64,000 nucleotides of DNA from Shigella phage MK-13, in the sequence record MK509462, one strand, 5' to 3'. Positions 1 to 8,730 of this stretch are shown here, piece by piece. Under the pieces are notes generated by a model. It was not told the origin of the DNA, searched no databases, and worked only from the letters and a program-made list of their open reading frames with translations. Each line of letters starts with the position of its first letter. The stretch's first letter is position 1. The position numbers and the translations under genes are program-made.

Positions 1-20
1 CAAGTCTAACTAATGAACAA

Positions 21-42
21 GCCCTCTTCGGAGGGCTTTTTA
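21..42 (+). terminator. GC-rich hairpin (gccctc-ttcg-gagggc) followed by TTTTTATTT; rho-independent terminator-like
   Basis: Perfect 6-bp stem, 4-nt loop, T-run on plus strand; seen directly in sequence. Confidence 0.5.
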
Positions 43-984
43 TTTGCCCATCACGTCTTGCAATATCCCCAACAGGTTTGTCTTCTCCGCCGCCGTCAGG
101 TTATCGTTGCCCATGATGTCACGAGAGATACCCACCGAGATGCGCTCGAAGTCCTGTAGGCTGATCCCAGCCAGGTTGTTTACAAGTTGGTCAAGCTGTT
201 TGTAAGCCAGGAGAGCCTCTCCTGTGAAGTTTCCTTCTTTGACTTTCCGATAAAGCTGTCCGGCTTTTGAGGCCGCAGTTTCCCAGTCACCACTGGTAAG
301 AGCGTCAGCAATACCGAGAGGAAGAAAATCGCTGGAAAGGCTGCGTGTTTCATATTCTGTCTCCGATAGCACTTTGTTGTAAGAGAAAGAGATGTTGTAT
401 TGGTTGAACTGATCTGTAGCACCTTTGTCCAACTCGATGGAACTGAAGTTGATCGGATGAGCCTCGACGATGTAGACGCGGTGGACCACCTGATCTTCAG
501 TATCAAGTTGCTCAATGCAGATGTCGGTGACGAAGTCTTCGTAATAGCCCATCTTGGTCGTGTATGGATCAAAGATCAGGCTCTTCCACTTGTCCATTAC
601 AGACTTCTCGTAATAGTCATTGGCCAACAGGAATGACAGGTCGAGGTCGACGTTGGACTTGTTGTTCGGCATCTTGATGTGGTTGCCGTTGTTCGTCATT
701 GGAGTGGTGTCGATACCAACCCCTGGCAATGAGGCAACCATACACATCATCTGAAGGGAACGGGAAGTCTGGTTTGTCCCTCCAAAGAAAGCGTTTACAA
801 TACGGGCTGACTGCTTAAACAAGTCACCGAAAGATGAATTGGTGCTGTACGCCTTTCCGTCATTAGCCAGAGTGGCATTGGAGTCAAAGATCCCTGGTGG
901 TAGAGGGATGGTCACTCTGAAGCGGTTCTTGCGTGACAAGCCCCGCTGTAACACCTGTGTGATAAAATTGCGATAGTCTTCCAC
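40..984 (-). CDS. Tail tube family protein (T4 gp19/gp48/gp54-like; size fits a gp54-type baseplate-tube initiator)
   Basis: 314 aa ORF; N-terminal 'KNRFRVTIPLPPG' resembles the tail-tube family N-terminal motif; apparent GTG start; TATAAATA late promoter about 35 nt upstream. Confidence 0.45.
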   Translation of the reverse strand: MEDYRNFITQVLQRGLSRKNRFRVTIPLPPGIFDSNATLANDGKAYSTNSSFGDLFKQSARIVNAFFGGTNQTSRSLQMMCMVASLPGVGIDTTPMTNNGNHIKMPNNKSNVDLDLSFLLANDYYEKSVMDKWKSLIFDPYTTKMGYYEDFVTDICIEQLDTEDQVVHRVYIVEAHPINFSSIELDKGATDQFNQYNISFSYNKVLSETEYETRSLSSDFLPLGIADALTSGDWETAASKAGQLYRKVKEGNFTGEALLAYKQLDQLVNNLAGISLQDFERISVGISRDIMGNDNLTAAEKTNLLGILQDVMGK

Positions 985-1018
985 GGTGAGGACTCCACTT
1001 AAATAAGATAACTGTTGT

Positions 1019-1026
1019 TATTTATA
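1019..1026 (-). promoter_or_regulatory. T4-type late promoter core TATAAATA (minus strand) upstream of the tail-tube family gene
   Basis: Plus-strand tatttata = TATAAATA on minus strand; GGAG Shine-Dalgarno about 12 nt before the start codon. Confidence 0.5.
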
Positions 1027-1037
1027 GGAGTTGACAA

Positions 1038-1742
1038 ATGGCAAAGAATGCAGCTGGCGAAGAAGATCCGTTGCTGTTTCCGGCCGAGATGGACGCCCCT
1101 GAACTCGTCAAGCGATACATCCGAAAGTACCGCCAACACTTCGGTCCAGAGGCGAAGCGCAACATCCGCCGTTCGCATGTGTGGTTCATGGAGCGTGTGT
1201 CTAAGGACGCCAACCTGACTCCCAACCATATGAAACAGGCGTTCGCTGATCACAAGCGCCCCGTACAGGGTGTGCGGTATATGGTCGGGCGCATGTTCTA
1301 TTTCAAATATGATGCTCTGACGAAGGATGAACTACCCTACTGGGATATGTACCCTCTGGTATTCTTCTTCAACTTTGCCAAGGGTGATGGTATCACCTTT
1401 GGAGAGAAGGGCGTGACATACCTCTGGGGACTGAACATGCATTACCTGCCACCGAAGCTCAGGCTGTTAGTGTTCGAAGATCTCATCAAGTTGCGCAACG
1501 AACGGGCGTACCGCTCAAAGACGCGACTGAAGCTCACTTGGGATGCTCTGAAGCGCTTCGCCAACCATCCCCTGTACAATCACTGTGTGAAATTGTACCG
1601 CGCCGACCGCTTCCGTACTCAGCTCTATGAGATCGAGCCACAGTACTGGGAGATCGTCCTCTTCATGCGCACCGCTCGCTTCCAGAAACAGAGTCAGATG
1701 TCTGTTTGGAAAGATGCGCGTCGGATGCATAAGAAGAAATAG
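1038..1742 (+). CDS. Hypothetical protein
   Basis: 234 aa ORF with AGGAG RBS 7-11 nt upstream of ATG; no recognisable motif. Confidence 0.5.
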   Translation: MAKNAAGEEDPLLFPAEMDAPELVKRYIRKYRQHFGPEAKRNIRRSHVWFMERVSKDANLTPNHMKQAFADHKRPVQGVRYMVGRMFYFKYDALTKDELPYWDMYPLVFFFNFAKGDGITFGEKGVTYLWGLNMHYLPPKLRLLVFEDLIKLRNERAYRSKTRLKLTWDALKRFANHPLYNHCVKLYRADRFRTQLYEIEPQYWEIVLFMRTARFQKQSQMSVWKDARRMHKKK

Positions 1743-1804
1743 TTCTATAACCCGTTCCGAGGGATAATTCGTGAACGGGTAATCCTAAACAATGAGGCTA
1801 TAAC

Positions 1805-2554
1805 ATGTCACAATTTTATCGTATGTTCGGGTTGGAGTTCACCCCAGCTCGCCTTGATATGAAACTCCCAAATTTTGAAAAGAGTGGATTTGAAGTCGGT
1901 TGTATTCTAGGCTTTGATCGCAAAGGCAGATCCGTCCGTGAACACAACATCTTTGACGTGCTGGGTTTGAAATCAGACAGCGAGGCGGCAATCCGCTTCG
2001 AAGAGGACATCCGTTTTGGTCATGCCGACCTGTACGATTATGTCCGTGATGTGATCGCTGGTTATGAACACGCTAAAGCACATATGAAGATGGCCACCGA
2101 TGCATGCCTGAAACTGGCGCATTGTCTGTACTTCTTTAGTCGCAAGCGTCAGAATCTCGATATGGTATTCCCATCGGAACTACTTGAACGCTTCTCTGAA
2201 ACCGAATTCCTGCTGAAGCAAGCCGACGGGGTTGCTGTCAAATCTGGTGAAGTATTCCAATACCCGATAAATCTGGTGTCTGGACATCTGCTGGTAGGGC
2301 GTGATCAGGTCGACCTGGCGATTCATCCAGATATGGAGTATGATCAGAACTCCTGTCGTGCCATCCACAACTACGTAGGTGTCATTCTAGACAACTTGTA
2401 CTCCGCCATGGAAGAAGTGATGGCGATAGAACAACAGGAAGACATAATTCGTCGGATCCGCGAAGATATCGAAGGGAAGGTGAAGCAGGATATTCTGGGG
2501 GAATGTCTACCAGAGCATTTCCCTGAAGTTCCAAACTTCTACCTGTCCAAATAA
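1805..2554 (+). CDS. Hypothetical protein
   Basis: 249 aa ORF, RBS-like GAGG upstream; no recognisable motif. Confidence 0.5.
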   Translation: MSQFYRMFGLEFTPARLDMKLPNFEKSGFEVGCILGFDRKGRSVREHNIFDVLGLKSDSEAAIRFEEDIRFGHADLYDYVRDVIAGYEHAKAHMKMATDACLKLAHCLYFFSRKRQNLDMVFPSELLERFSETEFLLKQADGVAVKSGEVFQYPINLVSGHLLVGRDQVDLAIHPDMEYDQNSCRAIHNYVGVILDNLYSAMEEVMAIEQQEDIIRRIREDIEGKVKQDILGECLPEHFPEVPNFYLSK

Positions 2555-2574
2555 CCCCACTGTGTGAGGTGTGT

Positions 2575-2862
2575 ATGAAACGTTATCTGAAGCTGACGAC
2601 TGTCCTTGAGTCGATCATAGAGTATTTCATCATGCAACACCTCCGCGCTGACAACATGCATTTAGACGGTTGCCTGACGTATGACCACAAGATCATTGTC
2701 CATTCTGTTGAAGTGCTGGATGATGATCTGATGGTCGCAAATGTAGAACACTGTCTGTTTGATGAGTCAGTTGATGCGTACTGCCAACCACGGTTCGCAA
2801 AAGTCGAGCTAACAACTTGTTGGCCACCGGAAATGGTTTTCAATATTGACGTTGAAAGTTAA
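2575..2862 (+). CDS. Hypothetical small protein
   Basis: ORF 2569..2862, start moved to the ATG preceded by GAGGTG. Confidence 0.35.
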   Translation: MKRYLKLTTVLESIIEYFIMQHLRADNMHLDGCLTYDHKIIVHSVEVLDDDLMVANVEHCLFDESVDAYCQPRFAKVELTTCWPPEMVFNIDVES

Positions 2863-2940
2863 TATTCACGCAAGTTCGCGCTCCGCTTGGCTGGGCGCGG
2901 TTTAACACTAAGGTGTAAACTTCTTTTCAATAAAAAGTGG

Positions 2941-2970
2941 TTTACATTTATGAAAAATGCAGTATATTAT
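2941..2970 (+). promoter_or_regulatory. Sigma70-like early promoter (-35 TTTACA, 16-17 nt spacer, -10 TATATT)
   Basis: ggTTTACAtttatgaaaaatgcagTATATTat in the 177-nt intergenic region upstream of the 3040 gene; approximate coordinates. Confidence 0.45.
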
Positions 2971-3039
2971 GTTCTCACTACACGGTCAGAACAGCAATAT
3001 GCCGCGAAGACGGTCTTAATAACGAAAGGGTTTTTATTA

Positions 3040-3905
3040 TGTCATATATTCTTCATGTAGATTCTGGAACCAAAATTGAAATTGAAGGCAAAGACGTTAC
3101 GGCTATCCAGGCTGAAATCAAAGAAGCAGGCCTGATGATCGGCAACGTTACCCTGCGCCGTATGGTGGAAGGCGTTCTTCAGTCTGCCAACGGCTTCGAA
3201 CTGATTGAAGGTCTGAGCGCTGAAGAGAAGGAAGAAACTCAGCAGGCTCTGGCGCAAGCCCAAGAGCAAGCCCACGCTGAAGTATCCCTGAAAGACGCTG
3301 AAACCGTTGATGCTGAAGCGCCGATCTCCGCCGACGCAACCGCTGGTGCTGGTAACGCCGACGCAGGTGAAGCCCCAGTGTCCGACGCCCCGGTAGACGC
3401 GGTTAAAGACGCAGTCAACGCAGCTCTGGAAGAAGGTAATCAGCCGTCCGACGCGAAAGTGGGTTCCCTGGCGTCTTCTATGCTGAAAGAAGCGGCGAAG
3501 GGTAAGACCCTGACCCCGCAGGCGGCGCTGGAAGAGCGTAAACGCCGCCATACCAAACGTGAAGAAATGGTTGACGCGGCTCGCGCTTCTAACCACGGTC
3601 CGGTCTTGGCTGCGATTGAAGCAGGAGTTGTCCCAGGTGTGTTCCTGAGCTACGTGAACCCAGACATGCGCTGGTTCCAGTTCCCGGTCACCGAACTGGC
3701 CAACCCTGAAAACCTGCATGCCCGCACCAACACATACGTTGACGTCGCGCCTATCGTTTCCGGTGGCTGGGGCTTCAGTCTGTACGTGAACGGCAAGTCC
3801 TTCACCAAACGCCAGAAGATCAAAGAGGCCGATGCCGAGTCTCTGGTCAAAGCAATCAACGCCTGGTTGCCTCAGGCGCTGGCCGAAGCGAAAGCTGCCG
3901 CGTAA
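3040..3905 (+). CDS. Hypothetical protein (Ala/Glu/Asp-rich central region)
   Basis: ORF 2937..3905, start placed at ATG 3040 after AAAGGG RBS; low-complexity acidic/Ala-rich middle. Confidence 0.5.
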
Positions 3906-3935
3906 TTTAAGTTCAGAAGCTGTTCAATAGATGAA

Positions 3936-3966
3936 GGGGCTGCTATAATAGCAGCTCCTTTTGTTT
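3936..3966 (+). terminator. Hairpin (ggggctgctat-a-atagcagctcc) followed by TTTTGTTTATT; terminator with a TATAAT hexamer in its loop
   Basis: About 11-bp stem and T-rich tail directly after the 3905 stop; loop sequence TATAAT. Confidence 0.5.
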
Positions 3967-3979
3967 ATTGGAGCAGTCT

Positions 3980-4642
3980 ATGTCCTACTCCCTCAAGGGG
4001 TTGCTCAAGCGCCCCGTCCACACATTCATTAAACCGCCTGTCGTAAAGGGGATCTACCCAGCACGAGGGCAACTCTATTACGTCAAAGGCTCCAATGGTA
4101 GCGGCAAATCCACCGTACCGTCTCAGCTGGCGGAGAGGGATCCTCAGGCGTATGTTGTGACACATGACGGCAAGATTATGTTGACGGTCTGCCCGTCATT
4201 CAACGTGGTGTGTATCGGCAAATATGACAAGTCAAAGTCCAAGGGGGTTGATTCCCTGAAGGATACTGAACAAATGCTCTTCGCCCTGAGCATCGCTGAT
4301 CTACCTGAATATCAGGTATACGATGTGATCTTCGAAGGCATTATCCCTTCAACTCTACTGAGTTCCTGGATCCCCCGCCTGACGCGCCCACCGCGCGAAC
4401 TGGTTGTTCTCTTCATGGACACCCCTCTTGAAACCTGCATCGCCCGTGTTAAATCACGTAACGGCGGTGCGGACTTCAATGAGAGCCTCGTGGTAGAGAA
4501 GTGGGAGCGTGTTCAAGACCATCGCCAGCGCCATAAAGGCTTGTTCCCTACGGTGGCCGCAGGTATGATGAAGTCTCACGGTCTAACAGTAGACCAGGCT
4601 GTAATGGCATTCCTCTGTCGTGATTTTGGGAGTATTGATTGA
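3980..4642 (+). CDS. P-loop kinase (Walker A GSNGSGKST); candidate nucleotide or DNA-base kinase
   Basis: ORF 3968..4642, ATG at 3980; Walker A motif near residue 40; stop overlaps the start of the ThyA-fold gene (TGATG). Confidence 0.55.
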   Translation: MSYSLKGLLKRPVHTFIKPPVVKGIYPARGQLYYVKGSNGSGKSTVPSQLAERDPQAYVVTHDGKIMLTVCPSFNVVCIGKYDKSKSKGVDSLKDTEQMLFALSIADLPEYQVYDVIFEGIIPSTLLSSWIPRLTRPPRELVVLFMDTPLETCIARVKSRNGGADFNESLVVEKWERVQDHRQRHKGLFPTVAAGMMKSHGLTVDQAVMAFLCRDFGSID

Positions 4643-5688
4643 TGGAAATCAAAGCAATTAACAACAATGACATGCTGAAGCAGGCTGTCTTGGCTATCCG
4701 CGAATACGGAATTGAATCTGATCCTGGTAATGCGGAGATCAACACCGACGGCACCCGATTCCTTGATGGTGTGACGATTACCGTGGATGATATCCGCAGC
4801 CGCTGGCTGTCTGTTGAAGGTCGTAACTCATCGGCTATCGCTGCCATCGGCGAGACCTTCTGGGTTCTGTCCGGGCGCGATGACGTTCGCTTCCTGTCCC
4901 GCGTGTTGCCCCGCGCCGCCAACTTTTCCGACAACGGCCACACATGGCGAGCCGCTTATGGTCCGCGTCTGTACGCCCATGGCCAGCTGGATAGCGTCAT
5001 CAACCGTCTGCGCAAGAACCCAAACACCCGTCAGGCGTACCTCACCATCTATGACCCGGCTCTGGATTCAGATGCTGGCCTGGCGAAGTTCAGCGAGAGC
5101 GGCGAAGCGAAGACTAAAGACATGGTGTGTAACCTGGCTCTGTTGTTCGCCATCGTTGAAGGTCGTCTGAACCTGACGGTCATCAACCGCTCACAGGATG
5201 TTCTGTGGGGTATGAGTTCAATCAACTTCATTGAGTTCTCTATTCTTCAGGAAGTGATTGCTCGGGTGCTGGGTGTTGATGTCGGCCAGTACAAGCTCTT
5301 CTCTAACAATCTTCATTACTACAACAATGAAGTCAGCCAGAAGCAGCTGGGCAAGATCACGAAGGACACCAAAGTAGAAGCTGGGTTCATCAACTCAATG
5401 ATTCACTTCAAGAACGTGACCAACCAGAACCATATCCGCAATCTGTTCACTGGTGTGCTTCATCACTGTGATATCGGTAGCCCGTGGGAAACTGTGGTCG
5501 CCCACCTGAAGGAATATGATGCTGATCGCGGCCTGATTGTACAGATGGCGTACTGCCTGTACTGCAAGCTGAACGACAAACTCATCAACATGAACCTGAT
5601 TCAGGATCATGGTTTGAACATTGCGCTCACCCATTCTCCAGTTGACCGCAAGATCGTTGATCCTAAGTTCCTGGAAGGTGTGGTATGA
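4642..5688 (+). CDS. Thymidylate synthase-fold enzyme, divergent; candidate pyrimidine (dUMP/dCMP) hydroxymethylase
   Basis: Divergent counterparts of ThyA motifs: RQAYLTIYDP (ThyA RRIIxSAWNP), Cys in DMVCNLALLF (catalytic-Cys region), NRSQDVLWGMSSINF (ThyA QRSxDxxLGxPFN); recognised from memory of family motifs. Confidence 0.6.
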   Translation: MEIKAINNNDMLKQAVLAIREYGIESDPGNAEINTDGTRFLDGVTITVDDIRSRWLSVEGRNSSAIAAIGETFWVLSGRDDVRFLSRVLPRAANFSDNGHTWRAAYGPRLYAHGQLDSVINRLRKNPNTRQAYLTIYDPALDSDAGLAKFSESGEAKTKDMVCNLALLFAIVEGRLNLTVINRSQDVLWGMSSINFIEFSILQEVIARVLGVDVGQYKLFSNNLHYYNNEVSQKQLGKITKDTKVEAGFINSMIHFKNVTNQNHIRNLFTGVLHHCDIGSPWETVVAHLKEYDADRGLIVQMAYCLYCKLNDKLINMNLIQDHGLNIALTHSPVDRKIVDPKFLEGVV

Positions 5689-6254
5689 TGTACCCGAACC
5701 TTGAATTCTTTACGGGGCGCAAGCGCTCCGGTAAGGACTTCTGTTTGGAGTCCCTCATCAGCTATCACCATCTACAGGGTGATATGGATATCCAGCGCCT
5801 TTCGTTCTCAGACGAACTGCGCCGGGTCGCCAACTACATTTACCCGTGGCTGCCAGCGGAGGTAGAGGATGCCGTGAAGGACGTTCCTTACGTCCACCCT
5901 GATAACCCCAAGGGCTTAACCCCACGGCAGATCTGGCTTCATCTCGGCAGCGATACGGGCTTGCGTTATGTACAGCCTGATCTGTTCCTGGCATTCTTTA
6001 AGCGCTTCCAGCTTCCTCTGGTGGAGCAGAACCCTCATGTACATTATATCGTGAGTGACCTGCGCACCCCTCAGGAATATGAATGGGCGCTGAGTACGAA
6101 ATGCCCTATCACCCGCATTTCAAAGGCCGACCGCGCTGGTATCATAGAGGACGATATAGAGGCTTTCATTGACAAGATGGAAGTGGACTACGAATTCCTC
6201 AATCCATTTGATGGTTGGGCACCGTTCGTTAAATTCTACGGAGAACGTAAATGA
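5685..6254 (+). CDS. Deoxynucleoside monophosphate kinase (T4 gene 1-like)
   Basis: N-terminus FFTGRKRSGKD matches T4 gp1 FLSGVKRSGKD; ATGA start/stop overlap with the upstream gene. Confidence 0.6.
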   Translation: MMYPNLEFFTGRKRSGKDFCLESLISYHHLQGDMDIQRLSFSDELRRVANYIYPWLPAEVEDAVKDVPYVHPDNPKGLTPRQIWLHLGSDTGLRYVQPDLFLAFFKRFQLPLVEQNPHVHYIVSDLRTPQEYEWALSTKCPITRISKADRAGIIEDDIEAFIDKMEVDYEFLNPFDGWAPFVKFYGERK

Positions 6255-6805
6255 TCACAGCAGGGCATATCAAAAGCCTGCTCGAACTCCAAAAGGCCAC
6301 CAACGTGGCCTACTTTGGGGAAGAGTGGAAGAATGTATGGAGTCAGAACGCAGTCATCAACTCCATCTATCGTGAATGGGCAGAGTTCCTTGACGAAACC
6401 AGCCGCGACTGGAAGGTCTATGGCAACGACGTCGGGTTTCACCATGCGAACGCAGTCTATGAACTGGTGGACGTGGTACACTTCATGCTGTGCTTCATCC
6501 TTATGGACCGCACCAAAGGCGAGATCGAAGAAGAATTCGAAATCCTCGGTGGCCGCGAATTCACCCCATCTGCTTTGGGTGCTGTTGGGCATCGCGGTGT
6601 GACGTATCGTCTTGGGCAGTTCATGAACGAACCTTGTGTCGAGACCCTCATGTTCTTCCTGTCGGCTGCGTGTTCTTACATGGAGATCGATATTGAGACC
6701 TACATGCTGGCGCACAAGCGCAAGAACGATCGCAATCGTCTGCGTGCTGCTGGCGGCGCGGATTACGACAAGTCCACAGAAACCCCTCTGACCCTGGAGT
6801 TCTAA
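6251..6805 (+). CDS. All-alpha NTP pyrophosphohydrolase-like protein (MazG/dimeric dUTPase-like); candidate dUTP/dTTP/dCTP pyrophosphatase
   Basis: Acidic motifs (REWAEFLDE, YELVDVVHF) typical of the MazG/HisE-like fold; ATGA overlap with the dNMP kinase gene. Confidence 0.4.
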   Translation: MITAGHIKSLLELQKATNVAYFGEEWKNVWSQNAVINSIYREWAEFLDETSRDWKVYGNDVGFHHANAVYELVDVVHFMLCFILMDRTKGEIEEEFEILGGREFTPSALGAVGHRGVTYRLGQFMNEPCVETLMFFLSAACSYMEIDIETYMLAHKRKNDRNRLRAAGGADYDKSTETPLTLEF

Positions 6806-7347
6806 TGTTTACAGTCGTCGTTTCATATCATGCAGACAACGCGGCGAACGCATCCGCTAATTTCGCCGAGCACATCATCGGCGGCGGTCATAATGTATTC
6901 ATCACTGAATACACCAGGCCTGTTAAACTGGGTGATGGTCTTTCGGCGACTGTCACGCATAAGATCGCCAGCGAGCAACCAGAGTCTCTGTTCAGGATGA
7001 TCGAAGAGTATGCCAGCGGTGGCGTCGAGATACCAGAGGAACTGGTGGACGTCTACTTCGAAGGTTCGATCTATTACATCCACGCCATGCCAAAGGATGT
7101 AACCATTGAACAGATGATGTATATCCTGAATATTGCGCTGAACGCTGCGTGCATCAACCGCACGAACTACAACAATCTGCGCAATATGTACCTAACCGAC
7201 CGACATAATGACGCACCGTCGCCTGTTGAGATGATGTCTCTGAAGAGCATCCAAGAGGCGATTAACATTTTGTCCCAGAAGGTTATGGGTGTAGAATTAT
7301 TAACGACGATCAACAATAAAGAGGAAGTGAAATGGCCAGTTCATTAA
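6805..7347 (+). CDS. Hypothetical protein
   Basis: 180 aa ORF; TAATG overlap with upstream gene. Confidence 0.45.
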   Translation: MFTVVVSYHADNAANASANFAEHIIGGGHNVFITEYTRPVKLGDGLSATVTHKIASEQPESLFRMIEEYASGGVEIPEELVDVYFEGSIYYIHAMPKDVTIEQMMYILNIALNAACINRTNYNNLRNMYLTDRHNDAPSPVEMMSLKSIQEAINILSQKVMGVELLTTINNKEEVKWPVH

Positions 7348-8417
7348 TGGACCGCATGCTGAAGGTTGCCAAGAAACATGACGACCAGGCTTCAGTGCTG
7401 TCCCAATCAGACGCTCTGGAACCGTCTATCATCTGTTCTACTGGTATTCCCCTGATCGACATCGCCTGGTCCGGGCGTATTGACGGCGGCCTGATCTCCG
7501 GTATCAAGATGATGGTGGGTGATTCCCGTACCTTCAAAACGATGTTCGGTCTGGTGGATGTCAAGGCGTACATGGACAAGTTCCCTGATGCTATTTGCGT
7601 CTTTGCGGACTCGGAAAAGGGTGCCAACGCCGACTACTGGACTTCCATGGGCATTGACATGGACCGCGTCCTGTACGTTCCGATTGACAACGTTGAGCAG
7701 ACCAAGATCCGCCTGCTGCAAATCCTTCAGGAAGTGAAGAAGGGTGACAAGGTCATCGTGTTTATCGACTCAATCAGCCAGTTGCCGTCTACCAAGGAAG
7801 TTGAAGATGCGATCAAAGGTAATGACACCCAAGACATGACTCGCGCCCGTGCCCTCAACAGCTTCTGGCGTGTCATCACCCCTGAAATCAACAGCAAAGA
7901 CCTCGTGTTGGTGTGGATCAACTCCTATTACGATGAGATCGGCAACCAGTATGCCGAGCCTAACATCAAAGGCGGCAAGCAGGGCTTCCTGTCGTCTAAC
8001 CTGATCTGGTTCATCACCCGTTCTCAGGTGAAGGAAGACAAAGATCTGTTGGGCTGGAACTTCAACATCGGCATCATGAAAGGCCGCCATGTCAAAGAGA
8101 AAGCCAAACTCCCTGTGACAGTGCTGTACGACGGCGGCATTGACCGTTGGAGCGGCCTGCTTGAGATCGCTCGTGCTCTGGGTTACGTTGATATGCCGTC
8201 TTCCGGCTGGTATGTGCGTACAGCCAAGGGCGGCTTCGATCCTGAGAAGGAAAAGAAATATCAGAAGCGTCAGATGGATGATGATTTCTGGTATCCGCTG
8301 CTGGAGAATGTCGACTTCGCCGATGACGTGAAGAAGATGTTCGGTGTTTCTAACGGTACTATTATGCCTGCGAACATGCTGGAGCAGATGGACCATGTTA
8401 TCAACACATCCGAGTGA
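7332..8417 (+). CDS. uvsX: UvsX RecA-like recombinase
   Basis: 361 aa; long collinear similarity to T4 UvsX (IPLIDIAWSGRIDGG..., VIVFIDSISQL..., DMTRARALNSFWRVITP..., YDGGIDRWSGLLEIARALGYV). Confidence 0.85.
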   Translation: MASSLMDRMLKVAKKHDDQASVLSQSDALEPSIICSTGIPLIDIAWSGRIDGGLISGIKMMVGDSRTFKTMFGLVDVKAYMDKFPDAICVFADSEKGANADYWTSMGIDMDRVLYVPIDNVEQTKIRLLQILQEVKKGDKVIVFIDSISQLPSTKEVEDAIKGNDTQDMTRARALNSFWRVITPEINSKDLVLVWINSYYDEIGNQYAEPNIKGGKQGFLSSNLIWFITRSQVKEDKDLLGWNFNIGIMKGRHVKEKAKLPVTVLYDGGIDRWSGLLEIARALGYVDMPSSGWYVRTAKGGFDPEKEKKYQKRQMDDDFWYPLLENVDFADDVKKMFGVSNGTIMPANMLEQMDHVINTSE

Positions 8418-8724
8418 CAACGGAGGGGGAGGCAACTCCCCCAATAACTACACAATCATCGACCCTGGTGCTGATCAGCTGGCGATCATCAAGATCACTT
8501 CTGGCAAATTCCGTGGCGTTCAATTCCGGTTCGGCAAGGTTGCCATCAACGAAGTGGACGGCGAACCCCGCCTGTCTTTCGTGACCGATATATTGAAGAA
8601 ACCATTACGTCTGATGTTTGTGAATTTGAAAGAAAATGACTTGTTCACTGAGGTGACAGGGGATATCCTTGTAACCCTCATGCAGCGTAATGCTCAGGAA
8701 TACAATAAATTTTTGGTGGGGTAG
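8395..8724 (+). CDS. Hypothetical protein (position equivalent to T4 gene 40 between uvsX and 41)
   Basis: ORF 8344..8724; start placed at ATG 8395 preceded by GGAG; overlaps the uvsX 3' end. Confidence 0.35.
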   Translation: MLSTHPSDNGGGGNSPNNYTIIDPGADQLAIIKITSGKFRGVQFRFGKVAINEVDGEPRLSFVTDILKKPLRLMFVNLKENDLFTEVTGDILVTLMQRNAQEYNKFLVG

Positions 8725-8730
8725 TTGCCA

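Noticed and set aside
180-636. ORFs 180..572 (-) and 400..636 (+) inside the tail-tube family gene
   Set aside because: Fully nested within or antisense to the longer 40..984 ORF; no independent RBS or motif
4642-5688. Canonical thymidylate synthase (thyA) annotation
   Set aside because: Conserved ThyA blocks are recognisable but heavily substituted and the gene is coupled to kinases; a modified-base hydroxymethylase is more consistent, though unproven
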